From positions 596,974-660,973 of the forward strand of contig NW_005434648.1 in NCBI RefSeq assembly GCF_000315625.1: a DNA stretch of 64,000 nucleotides, in the 5' to 3' direction. The position numbers and the translations under genes were made by a program. Source of the DNA: Guillardia theta CCMP2712. Taxonomy: Eukaryota > Protista > Cryptophyta. Below are positions 23,997-35,185 of the stretch, in pieces. The notes under the pieces were generated by a model. It was not told the origin of the DNA. It ran no database searches and saw only the letters and a list, made by a program, of their open reading frames with translations. Every line of letters begins with the position of its first letter. The first letter of the stretch is position 1.

Positions 23997-24729
23997 GTCG
24001 TCCCCACTCACCTCGTCCGGACTCGCCATAACGCAAGCCGAGCCCCACTACCTACCCTATCAAAAAACAGTCTGCTCCGGGCAAGATGGGGGGTGATAAG
24101 ACTAGAGGGCCTATTTCTGTCAATAATAGAAACTCATCGCCCTCCTGCTCGAGCCTCATCCCCACTCAGTTCAGCAAATTAGGGTTGTACCCGCATCCCC
24201 TCTCATTCCCCTCACTAATAAATACGATAATAATCTTTTTTGAATTTAGTAAAATAAGAACAGATACAAACGGTTTTAATCACTACTACTACACCACCCA
24301 ACGGCTGCCCTTTATCTCATGGGAAGCTACACCAATTTCAATTCATATCTTGAAAGTTGAATATTTGATAGTACATTTCAAAGTATGTTTGTACAACAAT
24401 CCAGAAGTTGAAATTTCCGGTGTTAACTTCCACATCACCCGAGTGCCCCACTGCAACTCGAAGCGACCACCAAGCGAGCAGGTAGCGAGGGGACGAGGAG
24501 CGAGCGGAAGAGGAAAGAAAAGGAGGAGCGAGAAGAGAAGAAGCAGAAGCTCAGGAAGACTAGGAGCAACAGCTTCAACGCCCAAGGAAGAATAAAGGGG
24601 AGGAGATTGACTGGTGAGCAGTCGAAACTGTCAAAAGCAGCAGTCAGATTTTGAATTGCACAGCAACAGGAGAAGGAGCACGAAAAGCACGAATACAAAC
24701 GCTATCGCCTTTGCTTTGAACTTCAAAAG

Positions 24730-26009
24730 ATGAAAGGCGCATTCCGAAGAATTGCAACGTTCTTGATCGGATGTTTTGCCTTGGTGAGCTTTTTCCTTGT
24801 CTCATTCAAATATCTGATCTTCGTTTGACTCGTTCTCAGGCTGCCGGAATAGTGATTCTTGTGTATTCCTTGAAGGAACGAGAATTTGTCAACAACTTTG
24901 TGCCCAAGACCTGCAAAACTATCAGTGTTACCGGTCGGGAATGTATGAATAATATCATAGGAAGTTACTCACAAGCTATGATCACTGCCCAAAGTTGCGA
25001 GGTTTTGCAATCATTAAGCACGAAGCGAGTCTGATGATTTGCCTTTCACAGAACAATGTTTATACACAAATGGGCTGCACCTGCCAAGCAAACTCATGCG
25101 ACTGTTCGGGTGGAACCTACGGGGAAGTGAACACGTATTGGTGGAAAGTGTTGACGTTGGTCGGTGAGCTCGTTAGGTCTGAGGGGAAGGAAGGACAGTG
25201 AAGTTCTTGTAGGCGCTATCTCGACCGGCTTGATGGGGCTCTACATGTTGTTTGCTTCATACCTCGCTTTGAGCAACAGCGCTGGTCAAGTTAGCGTGAG
25301 GATTTTCAGGTTTTTGACAGCATTCATTGCGAATTGAGGCTGATGCAAATGTTCTAGCGTGCTCTCAGGTTTTCTCTTCATCATCTTCGCAGCTGTCGGA
25401 GCGGCAATGATCTACTGTAGCTGCTGCTTGTCTCTGTGTCTGAGCTCACGTTCATCTCAGTGTCAGTGTACATCGAGAAAGATTCGACCTTCAACACCGA
25501 TCAGTCATGCCTGATGAAATCGCCTGCAATAACAGCAGAAGTGCAAGCGGAGAACTGCATCATCGAGGTTCAATGCAAGACTATCAAAGGTGAGTGCTCT
25601 CCAGTTGTGCAAAGCACCTTTCTGATCGAATGCAGACCTCAAGAGTTCGATGAAGACCATACTCTACGGTGACTTGTATCGTTTGCATCTGCTGGTTGCT
25701 GTCTCATTTGTTGATAGAGCTTGGGATCCCCTTCTTAGCCGCCGGCTTCTTCTTGTTGCTGGGAACCTTTGCATGCTGCTGCTGTGCCATACCCAAAGAA
25801 GAGGTAGTCGTTGACTTGCTATGGCTCGGTGCAACGAACTAATCTTGCCTTCTCCTCTGCAGTCCGGGCAGCCTGTACTGGGCCATCCGATACGGGGCGA
25901 GCAGAAAGGAGAAATCGTCATGCATGCGAACCCAACGGCACAGGTGCACGAGGTCAAGGAGGAGCACCAAGATGTCTTCATCTCGATGCCTTCAGCCCCG
26001 GAGTTGTGA
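24730..26009 (+). CDS. Four-TM membrane protein with Cys-rich loops, multi-exon
   Basis: Spliced hydrophobic segments IATFLIGCFALAAGIVILVYSL, GLMGLYMLFASYLAL, VLSGFLFIIFAAVGAAMIY and GIPFLAAGFFLLLGTFACCCC. Loop GCTCQANSCDCSG. Ends MPSAPEL*. Confidence 0.6.
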
Positions 26010-26061
26010 GAAGGTCGTGAAATCGTTAGGGTTGGATGAGAGAGGAGGTAGAGGTGCTTTG

Positions 26062-29000
26062 TTACTTGTTTGATTTAATTGTATGTTGCAATGAAAGGTT
26101 TGTATCCATTGACTCGTCTAGAGAGCTCCTGCTGTCAATCTCTTTATTATGCTTTTTAGGGTTAACACAAAAGGTGGAGGCTCGTCGTGCAGCTCCACGA
26201 TCAGCTGGCGAAGGAGCCGCAGCAGAGCTGACGCTCCTGGTCCGACTTGAAGAGAACTTTGCGAACAAACGCTGAGCGTGTGGCATCAGTCGAGGTCAAT
26301 CAAGAAGAGGCGCTTACAAGCAAGCTTCTGCACGCTCCTCCTCGCTTTCTCTTCCGTGTTGCTGGCGGCGATTTCCTTGAGCAGGTCACTACGGACGCCC
26401 TGAGCATCATGGATCAGTTGCTGCAGCAGGGAAGAGAATAGAAGCTGGCAGATTCAGGGAGAGGAAGAAGGGGGAGGGAAGGAAGAGGATGGAGACCGAA
26501 GTGTAGGTGTCGTTCATAGCAGAGGAAGCAAGGTTGGTCTCAAATGTCTTGAGGTGATCGCCGAACTCTTTGAGGGAGCAATCTTGAGTTGTGATCAACC
26601 CCTGCCAGCCCCAGTGACTGCACGTGCTGCCCGAGAGAAGCAACAAGTCTCACCTTCCACTTGTTGCGCGCCTTGAGGTTGAAATTGTCGACGAACGCGA
26701 TCTGAGTGAGACTGTCGCAGAGGGAGAGAGCGAGGGCGATATGGTTCAACTTCGTCTTCTGACTTCCTGCAGGTGACTTCCCACCTCCTGACTTCCTCCT
26801 CTCCTTGGTCTTCCGTGCCGGCTCTGCCGGCTCCTCCTCCTCCTCCTCCTTCCCGCCTTGTCCCGATGCCTGACAGGAATGTGAGAAAGGGCTCCGAGGA
26901 GAAGTGAGAGAGAAAGCAATGAGAAGCATTTCACCATCTTCGTATAATCTTGTGCTACTTGCCGTCCTGATCTCGAAGTCCTCGGGGTGTCTACTCACGA
27001 AGAGAAAGGATGATTTCAGCACGTCTTCCCGTCACACCCATTGCACACCTGGCGCCTTGTCTTCACCAGCCCCTTCCTCGATGCTCTTGCCAGCTTCGCC
27101 GGTGTCACTTTTCCTCGTCCTGCACGGTCGAGCATGAATGTGCGGCATCGCAAGTCTTGGTCTTCACCTCCCTCCCGTGCTCTTCGTCTCCGCCTTCTTC
27201 TCCTTGTCTTGGTTCCTGCCTCCTCTGTCACCCTCCTCCAGCAGCACAGGCTCAGTGACGCACTTCAAAAATTTCTGGAGCTGCTTCATCCTGTCCGCGT
27301 TGAACCCCCACCAACCCCACGTGCAGGCCTTGGCCACCTACAACCACAAGGTGAGGAGTGAAGTTGGACGAAGATGAGTCAGTGAAATGTTCGGTAAGGA
27401 GGGGGAGAGCAGAAGGAGGAGAGGAGAAGGAGGAGAGGAGAAGGAGGAGAGGAGCGGCAAGTCGATGGTGATAGGGGCGGGCAATGATACCTCCTCGCTC
27501 CACTGAGTAGCAATGAGGATCGCGCTGGGGTCCGGCAGGTCGACCCAGATATCCTCGCCGTCTTCGAAGCGGACGCGAATCCTGCTGGGCTTCTTGCCCT
27601 CGTCCACCTCCATCTCAACGACGATGCCGACGAACCAGAGGGTCTCGAAGAGGACTTGCACGTGCCGACCGACCGCAAACTCCCCGAGACTCTCCTGGTC
27701 AATGCGAACCTCATCGGCCTCTGTCTTGTTAGAAACTTGAACCTCAACGCCTTCGCTGCCCGCCAGACACACGCGCTGCACTCCGTCGACGTCCTTGCTG
27801 GTTATCCTTCCCTTCACCCAGCCTTCTCCCTCCGCCCCCTTGCACTCGACAGGGCAGCCCACGTAGAAGGGAACGTTGCTTCCTCTCATCTGCTCCGTGT
27901 AGCTCGCGATGGCTTCCTCGTTCTCTGATTCTGCACTCTTCTTGCCCTTGGATGGAGTCTTGCTCGGAGTGTTCTTCCCGCTAGTCTTGCTCGGAGTCTT
28001 CTTTACATTCGTCTCCTCCTCAGCTTGCCGCTTCCTCTTCTTTCCCTCGGCCTTGCCTCCCTTGGCCTCATCGTCCGGGCCGGCCTCGGCCTCTACTGCT
28101 CGCTGGCTCCTGTCCTTGTTGTATCCCCACCATCCCCACTTTCCCTTCCGCTGCACATGCTCGCTCCACTCCTGCGGCAGCAGCTCGAAACTTTCGTCGG
28201 ACGTTTCGACCTCCGCGCGGTCGCCATCTTCGAAGAACACCACGAACCTCTTGACCACCTGCTTCTCCTTCTCCACAGAGGCGACAACCCCGACGTAGAA
28301 GATGTCTCCTTCGAACATGACCAGCACGTGTCGACCCACCTCGACATTGTTCGCGCCCTCGCCTTGAAAGCGAATCTTGGAATCGACATCCCCGCTCTCG
28401 ACGGTGATCTCTCCTCCCTTCTCCAGCAGAACACTCACAGAACCATCACTGTTGGGTGGAGCGCAGACGATCCCCGAGCTCCATCCTCCTTCCTCCTTGA
28501 CTTGGACAGGCCGTCCAACATAAATCCTGCTAGAGATTCCTCTCATGACTCGCAGAAAGTCCGCCTCATTGGAGTCGCTGTCCTCGCTCTTGAACTTCTT
28601 GTCCAACAGCTTGTACCATGCGGCGGGCCAGCCCGACTTTTCCTCCTGTGACGCAGTCGACTGCAAGCAGGGTTGTCAGGGAAACGCTTCGAAACGGATG
28701 CTTTACCTTCGCTCCTTGGCTTCCTCCTCCTTTCCCGGGCGTCTCAGGCTTCTTGGCAGGGGAACTTCCGTCGGCAGTCACATCGTAAAACTGAGTTTGC
28801 TTCCTCTCCCTCTTGCTCTTCCTCTCTTCCTCATTGGGAGTAGCAGCCTGAGCAAGTGCCGTTAGGATCACATCCTCGACCATGTTCCCTCACCGCTTGC
28901 TCGCCTCCGTCCAGAGACCCTCGAGAGCTCCTGCCTGCTCGGAAGTCAGTCCATGTTGAAGCACGACAGGAGGAGAACCTCTCTTCTTTGCCGACTTCTC

Positions 29001-30825
29001 GGTAGCACCACCCTTGTCCTGTCCGATTCGTCACAAGCCACGATGAGAGAGTTGGCAATCAAAGAATCAAAGGTAGTGAAAGCTTACAGCCGGTTCTCCA
29101 TTCTCTTCAACATCCTGTCATAGATCAATCAACCCCAGGAGAGGTGCGAGAAAAAGACGAGGAGCTTACCATCTTTTCAGTGCTCTCACCCTTTTCGGAT
29201 CCAGTGCTTTTCCTGGTGTTACGACCAGGTAGTTTCGCATTTGAGGATTCTGCATCTGCCCCTGGCTTCGATTCATCTGTTGAGAAGAATGAATCCTGTC
29301 GGATTGTAGCTGTTATTTCCGGTGCCTCACCAGCCTTCTCAGTCTCTTTGCTTGCTCCGCCTTTCGAAGGGGTCGCCTTCCCTTTCTGCTTTGTTGTGGC
29401 CTCTTTCTCCGAGGACTTGGAACCTTTAGAAGCTGTCAACAAGTGTGCAACAATGAGATGAATATTGGAAACTTACCCTCAACCTCCTTCTTCTCTGCCT
29501 CCTTCTTCTCCGCCTCCTTCTTCTCGGCCTCCTTCTTCTCGGCCTCCTTCTTCTCGGCCTCCTTCTTCTCGGCCTCCTTCTTCTCTGCCTCCTTCTTCTC
29601 TGCCTCCTTCTTCTCCGCCTCCTTCTTCTCCGCCTCCTTCTTCTCTGCCTCCTTCTTCTCTGCCTCCTTCTTCTCGGCCTCCTTCTTCTCGGCCTCCTTC
29701 TTCTCCGCCTCCTTCTTCTCCGCCTCCTTCTTCTCGGCCTCCTTCTTCTCCGCCTCCTTCTTCTCTGCCTCCTTCTTCTCCGCCTCCTTCTTCTCGGCCT
29801 CCTTCTTCTCGGCCTCCTTCTTCTCGGCCTCCTTCTTCTCTGCCTCCTTCTTCTCGGCCTCCTTCTTCTCCGCCTCCTTCTTCTCTGCCTCCTTCTTCTC
29901 GGCCTCCTTCTCGGCCTCCTTCTTCTCGGCCTCCTTCTTCTCTGCCTCCTTCTTCTCGGCCTCCTTCTTCTCTGCCTCCTTCTTCTCTGCCTCCTTCTTC
30001 TCTGCCTCCTTCTTCTCGGCCTCCTTCTTCTCGGCCTCCTTCTTCTCGGCCTCCTTCTTCTCGGCCTCCTTCTTGTCGGCTTCTTGTTCTGATTTTTGGG
30101 AAGCTGGGTGATACTTTAAAAGCCATGTCACGACGCTGGGTTTTGATCGAAATCCCACCATGGTCTGTAACTTCACACATCAGGTCACAAAAATGAGGGG
30201 CAGGAAGAAAGAAAGTCTCTCCTCAACTTCAACTAGTTGTTCTGTCTATGTCTCTTTCTGCCCGTCTTTCTGTCCCTGGCTTCTAATATCACACCTCATA
30301 ACGATCCGCCACCTTATAGTTCTCGACCAACACAACGAGTCAACAACAGCCTTCTCCTCTGTCGAACTGTCTCATTCTCCTGCATCTGCATACCCGCCTA
30401 ACTTTCCGTCTGCCTAACACATTTCCCTCTGAGCCGCCTATTGTCAGCATGTCATACCTGTCAACCTTCCCTGTCAACCATCACTTTCTCGCAATCTCTT
30501 CCTCCTCACTCTCAGTCTCTCACATCTGTATATCAGTAGAGTTGCTCTTTCTCTATCCGTACAGCTCGTTCCAAATCTTAGTCTACCAGTCTGTCTCCGT
30601 GCCTGTCACATTTCACTACTGCATACTTCTTTCCGCCTATTTCCGGGTCCCTTCCTCGCACTTCCTACTCTCAGTTCCTGCCCCTCCTTCCTCCTACGTC
30701 TGAACTGCCTCCTCCTTCGCAATCGTCTCTCCTCCACCGAAATCCTGCGCTCCTGCATCCGTTGCCGAGCCTCTGCGCCTGATCTTTTCCTCTGCTACCT
30801 CAATGTCACCCTGCCTCTGCGGCAT
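26062..30825 (-). CDS. Large nuclear-type protein with KKEAE repeat exon and two tandem double-Tudor-like modules, multi-exon
   Basis: Tudor-like strands [19 protein letters not shown]...FVVFFEDGD and [18 protein letters not shown]...[12 protein letters not shown]-like KKRKR and repeated KTPSK motifs. Exon 29477-30103 carries the KKEAE array. Both termini are approximate. Confidence 0.7.
29482..30073 (-). repeat. Coding 15-bp tandem repeat (AAG AAG GAG GCN GAG), about 39 units, encoding KKEAE
   Basis: Directly visible. Variation is confined to the Ala wobble base plus one in-frame codon loss. Confidence 0.95.
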
Positions 30826-31121
30826 GATCTTGCCGTCGGCTCTATCCCTCGGATGTCCAGTGTCTCCTCTCCTCTCCTCCTCTCTCCTCCTTCTCTCCTC
30901 CTCCTCTCCTCTCCTCCTTCTCCGTCTCTCTCCCACATCGCCATCATTTCGCTCTCTTCCCTTCCCTTCCCCATCTTCGCTAGACTGCCTCGCCGTAACG
31001 TCTGTACAGGAGCTCTGAGGCAAACCTGGATTTGTTCCTTCCACGGAACTAGCATAGAATCGAGATGTTCCCCGTACGGATATAAGAAGCTGGCATGGAC
31101 TTCCGCGTGATTTAGGGGAAC

Positions 31122-31245
31122 TGAGAGGAGAGGAGAGGAGAGGAGAGGAGAGGAGAGGAGAGGAGAGGAGAGGAGAGGAGCGGAGAGGAGAGGAGAGGAG
31201 AGGAGAGGAGAGGAGAGGAGAGGCGAGGAGAGGAGAGAGGAGGAA
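31122..31245. repeat. (GAGGA)n microsatellite upstream of TOP3B
   Basis: Directly visible. Confidence 0.95.
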
Positions 31246-31388
31246 GAAACGAGCGATCTTGTGCTTGTTGCCAGACAAAGGGATCCCAACAAGACGAGTC
31301 TGGATCGAGGCTGAATTCAGTGATCCGAAGAGCACCCTTGCACTAGCAGAAAAGTTGTCAACGTCAGAGGCGACAAGCTAGAGACAAG

Positions 31389-34300
31389 ATGGTCACTGTG
31401 GTGATGGTGGCTGAGAAGCCTTCCATCTGCAACGCCATAGCCATAGCCCTCAGCGGTGGCAACCATGAGACCAAAGGAGGAACTCCTCCCGTGCACACGT
31501 TCAGGTCCAACTTCATGGGTAGCAGCGCTCTGTTCAAGGTGACGAGCGTTGTGGGGCACGTCTTCTCTACAGACTTTCCTTCTGCCTACCAGAGCTGGGA
31601 CAAGGTCGACCCCGTGACTCTGTTTGATGCGCCCGTGGAGAAGAAAGCTGAGAAGAAGGGGGTTGTACACCTGCTGCAGAATGAAGGCAAAGGCGCCGAC
31701 TACCTTGTGTTGTGGTTGGATTGTGACAGAGAAGGAGAGAACATCTGCTTCGAAGTCATCTCATGCATCATGCCAGAAGCTCTCAGCAGGAAGGAACTGA
31801 GAACGCCGGGGCCGAAGCAGCGCATCTTTCGAGCCAAGTTCAGCGCCATCAACCCGAACGACATCAAGAACGCGATGATGACCCTCGGAGCGCCGAACGA
31901 GAACGAGTCGTTGAGTGTTGAGGCAAGGCAGGAGCTGGACTTGAAGGTCGGCGTTGCATTCTCACGCTATCAGACCCGCTACTTCCAGGGCAAGTACTCG
32001 GATCTTGACTCGAGGATCGTCAGTTACGGCCCATGTCAAACTCCTACGCTCGGGTTCTGTGTGGAGCGACACATTCTGATCCAGAACTTCGTGCCCGAGC
32101 CTTACTGGGTCCTCTGCCCGACGATCAAGATCGAAGGGTATGGGGCCGTGAAGTTCGAGTGGGAGAGGGGCAGGATCTTTGACAAGCGGGTCGCCTCTGT
32201 CTTCCGATCCATCATGCTTGAGGACAGCCGACTGAAGATCCTCCGCGTCAACCAGAAGGAGGTGAAGAAAGGAAGGCCGACGCCGTTGAACACAGTTGCG
32301 ATGCTGAAGGCTTGCTCCAAGGCCCTGGGGATCGGACCTGCCAGTGCCATGCATACGGCAGAGAACTTGTACCTGCAGGGCTACATCTCGTACCCAAGGA
32401 CTGAGAGCACGGCATACCCCAAGTCCATGAACATCGAAGAGACGCTGCGGCAGTTCTCCCGACATGCGATCTGGGGCGGGTTCGTGGACGACCTGCTCCC
32501 GAGGAACTGGGTGACCCCCAAGAGCGGAGTGGACGTAGGGGACCACCCCCCCATCACTCCCTGCCGGCTCGCTCAGCCAGGTGCTCTGAGAGACTTCAAG
32601 ATGCTCCCGCTGACTTGCACGTGCAGGCGACTTGAGTAGCGACCAGGGTCGAGTCTACGATCTCATCGCCAAGCACTTCATTGCGACAGTCTCGCCGGAT
32701 GCTGTCTACCTCCAGACAAAGATCGAAGCTCAGATTGGAACCGAGAATTTCACGACGAGCGGGAGGCAGCTGAAGAGACCGGGATGGCTCGGGTTGTATC
32801 AGATGAGGTCAGTTGGAGGCATTAATCGTTTCTCGAACATGTTTGTGAGGATCCTGATTTTCCTTCATTTCAAGGTATGATTATGACAGTGAGGAGGAGG
32901 AGGAGGAGTACGAAGACGAAGAGAACTACGAGATTCGCAACCTCCCATCATTCAAAGGCGGAGAGACTTTTCAGATGACATCAGAAACCCTACCAATGGT
33001 GGAGAAGAAAACTTCGCCTCCTGGTTACCTGACTGAGTCAGAACTGATTGCTCTCATGGAAAAGAATGGGATCGGTGAATACTAGAGGTAGCTTGCCCGT
33101 TGAGATTCACCCGAGTGCAGGTACTGATGCTTCCATGGCTACCCACATCGAGAACATCTGCCAGCGAAACTATGTCAAGTATCAGCTCACCTGCTTCACT
33201 TTCTCCTTTCCCTGACAGGATCGTCAGCGTTGAGAGTGGAAGGAGGCTGGTGCCTACCCAGCTCGGTACGGTCCTGGTGCAGGTGGGGTAGTAGTTTCTT
33301 CTTCCCGTGTCTCAGTAGCAGCGGCAGGGCTACTACAGGATCGATGCAGACCTTGTACTTCCTATTGTGAGGTCAAACATCGAGAAGCAGTGCGATCTGA
33401 TCGCAAAGGGGATGGCGGACAAAGATGACGTCGTCGCTCACAGGTACCCTCCTCCTCTTGTACCTTCTGCCGATGCTCGCTGCTCTCGTCCTCCCTCTCA
33501 CTCACTCTGCCTCCTTCCTCCTTCTTCTCGATCTCAGTCCCGCTCTTCCCCTGCCTTGCTCCTTAGCTTCACTTGCAGCCTTTCAAATTTTCAAAAGAAA
33601 TTTTCCTACTTCGTGAAGAACATCGAAATGATGGACACGCTCTTCGAAGCGTCCTTCTCTCCACTCACGGCCGGCGGCAAGCCATGGTCCAAGTGCGGCC
33701 TGTCCAACAGGTCTGCTAGCCTACTCCTCCTCCTCCTCCTATTCTCACTCTGATCTTTCAGGTACTTGCAACTGATCCAGTCGAAGCCGCAGAGGCTGTA
33801 CAACAAGAACACGGAGCAAGTCTACAACCTGCCCCAAGGAGGAAGCTTCAAGCTCTGGGGGGGACGTGTCTGTCCTGTCGAGGGGTGCGGCTTTGAGCTC
33901 TCCCTCTTCGTCGTGGGGGCAGGAAAAGGTGCTAGGAGGAGGAAGAGGAGAGGGGAAAGGGGGATGGGAGGATGCAAGGTCGGGGGAGAAGAATATCTGA
34001 GCAAGCCTGCAGATCAGCGCAGCTATCCTCTCTGTCCCAACTGCTACAACAATCCTCGTCCTGAGTGGGGCCCCGCTCCGAGCTCCAAAGGGCTCATGAC
34101 TGAGTGCCCGCACGCAGATTTTCATCCTGTGGTTGGACTCGCCTGCTCGCCTGCCCGTCGTTGTGACGCTCCTGCTCAGGTAGCGAAGCTCACACTGTGC
34201 GATGACGAGGAGACAAACGGTGTCTTCATCCTCGATCCCGGTAAGCCTCAGCCTCCACTCAGTACCGTCAGGGTGACGATGGGCGGCAGGGAGCGCTCCG

Positions 34301-34791
34301 AACAACTGGAGGCTCGTCAGCACCCGTTCCAACTTCATGCTCACGTTCCCTAGCGACGTCGTCCACAAGCTGACGGTCTTGAGCGAGACAGACCCGGCCT
34401 GCGAGAACCATCACTTGCTACAGGTGCTCCCTCCTCCTGATCCAGATCAGCTCACGTAAGAGCAGGTCGAGTTTCACAAGGGCAAGGCTCCTCCTCCTCT
34501 TCCTTCCGACACAGGTAGCTGTCGTGCCGCTCCCTCGCTCCATGCTGTCTCGTGATCGCTTCCCGTGACAGTCACGCACAAGTGCTACGTGCTGGAGGAT
34601 GACGCCATGCAGGTTGGGAACGTGGCAGGTGCTCTTGTTCCTGATTGCTCATGCAGGGCATAATGGAGGCGAAGTCAGGAAGCAACAGACCATTCGGAGC
34701 AAGAAGGGGAAGGGGAAGGGGGAGAGGCCGGGGGAGAGGCCGGGGGAGAGGGAGAATGCAAGATCCTCGAATGTCCTTCAGAGATTTCTGA
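31389..34791 (+). CDS. TOP3B: DNA topoisomerase III beta (type IA), multi-exon
   Basis: TOPRIM motifs VMVAEKPS and LWLDCDREGENICFEV. SYGPCQTPTLGFCVER. Catalytic GYISYPRTES. GIGTDASMATHIENICQRNY after splicing. Cys-rich C-terminus (CPVEGCGFELSLF, YPLCPNCYNNP). RG tail ending MQDPRMSFRDF* (stop 34789-34791), as I recall for plant/algal TOP3B. Confidence 0.96.
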
Positions 34792-34879
34792 ATGTTGAGA
34801 ATGTTGGGGAGCTTCATGAAATAAACACAGATGAATGGCTTGCTGAAGTATCAGATGCCTTCTTGTACCAGCACTCCAC

Positions 34880-35045
34880 TCCTCTCCTCTCCTCTCCTCT
34901 CCTCTCCTCTCCTCTCCTCTCCTCTCCTCTCCTCTCCTCTCCTCTCCTCTCCTCTCCTCTCCTCTCCTCTCCTCTCCTCTCCTCTCCTCTCCTCTCCTCT
35001 CCCCTCCTCTCCTCTCCTCTCCTCTCCTCTCCTCTCCTCTCCTCC
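34880..35045. repeat. (CTCCT)n microsatellite
   Basis: Directly visible, intergenic. Confidence 0.95.
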
Positions 35046-35185
35046 CATCCCGTCCCTGCTCTCACCAGTGCTCTCACCCTCTCCCCGACTGCATCGGGTA
35101 CCCCTACCCCCATCATCTATAGACATCGAGCTTCCCTTATGATGGTAGGGTACTCAACGGCTTGCAGTGATCCTTCCGAGACGAG

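Noticed and set aside
29443-30196. CRISPR-like array, or overlapping genes (FFSAS, PPSS, GGREE frames)
   Set aside because: There are no spacers and no cas genes. The alternative ORFs are by-products of a stop-free 15-mer, and the variation pattern favours KKEAE.
30694-31335. SSPLL / RRGEE repeat ORFs (also 34599-35267 and 42499-42765)
   Set aside because: They are translations of pentanucleotide microsatellites.
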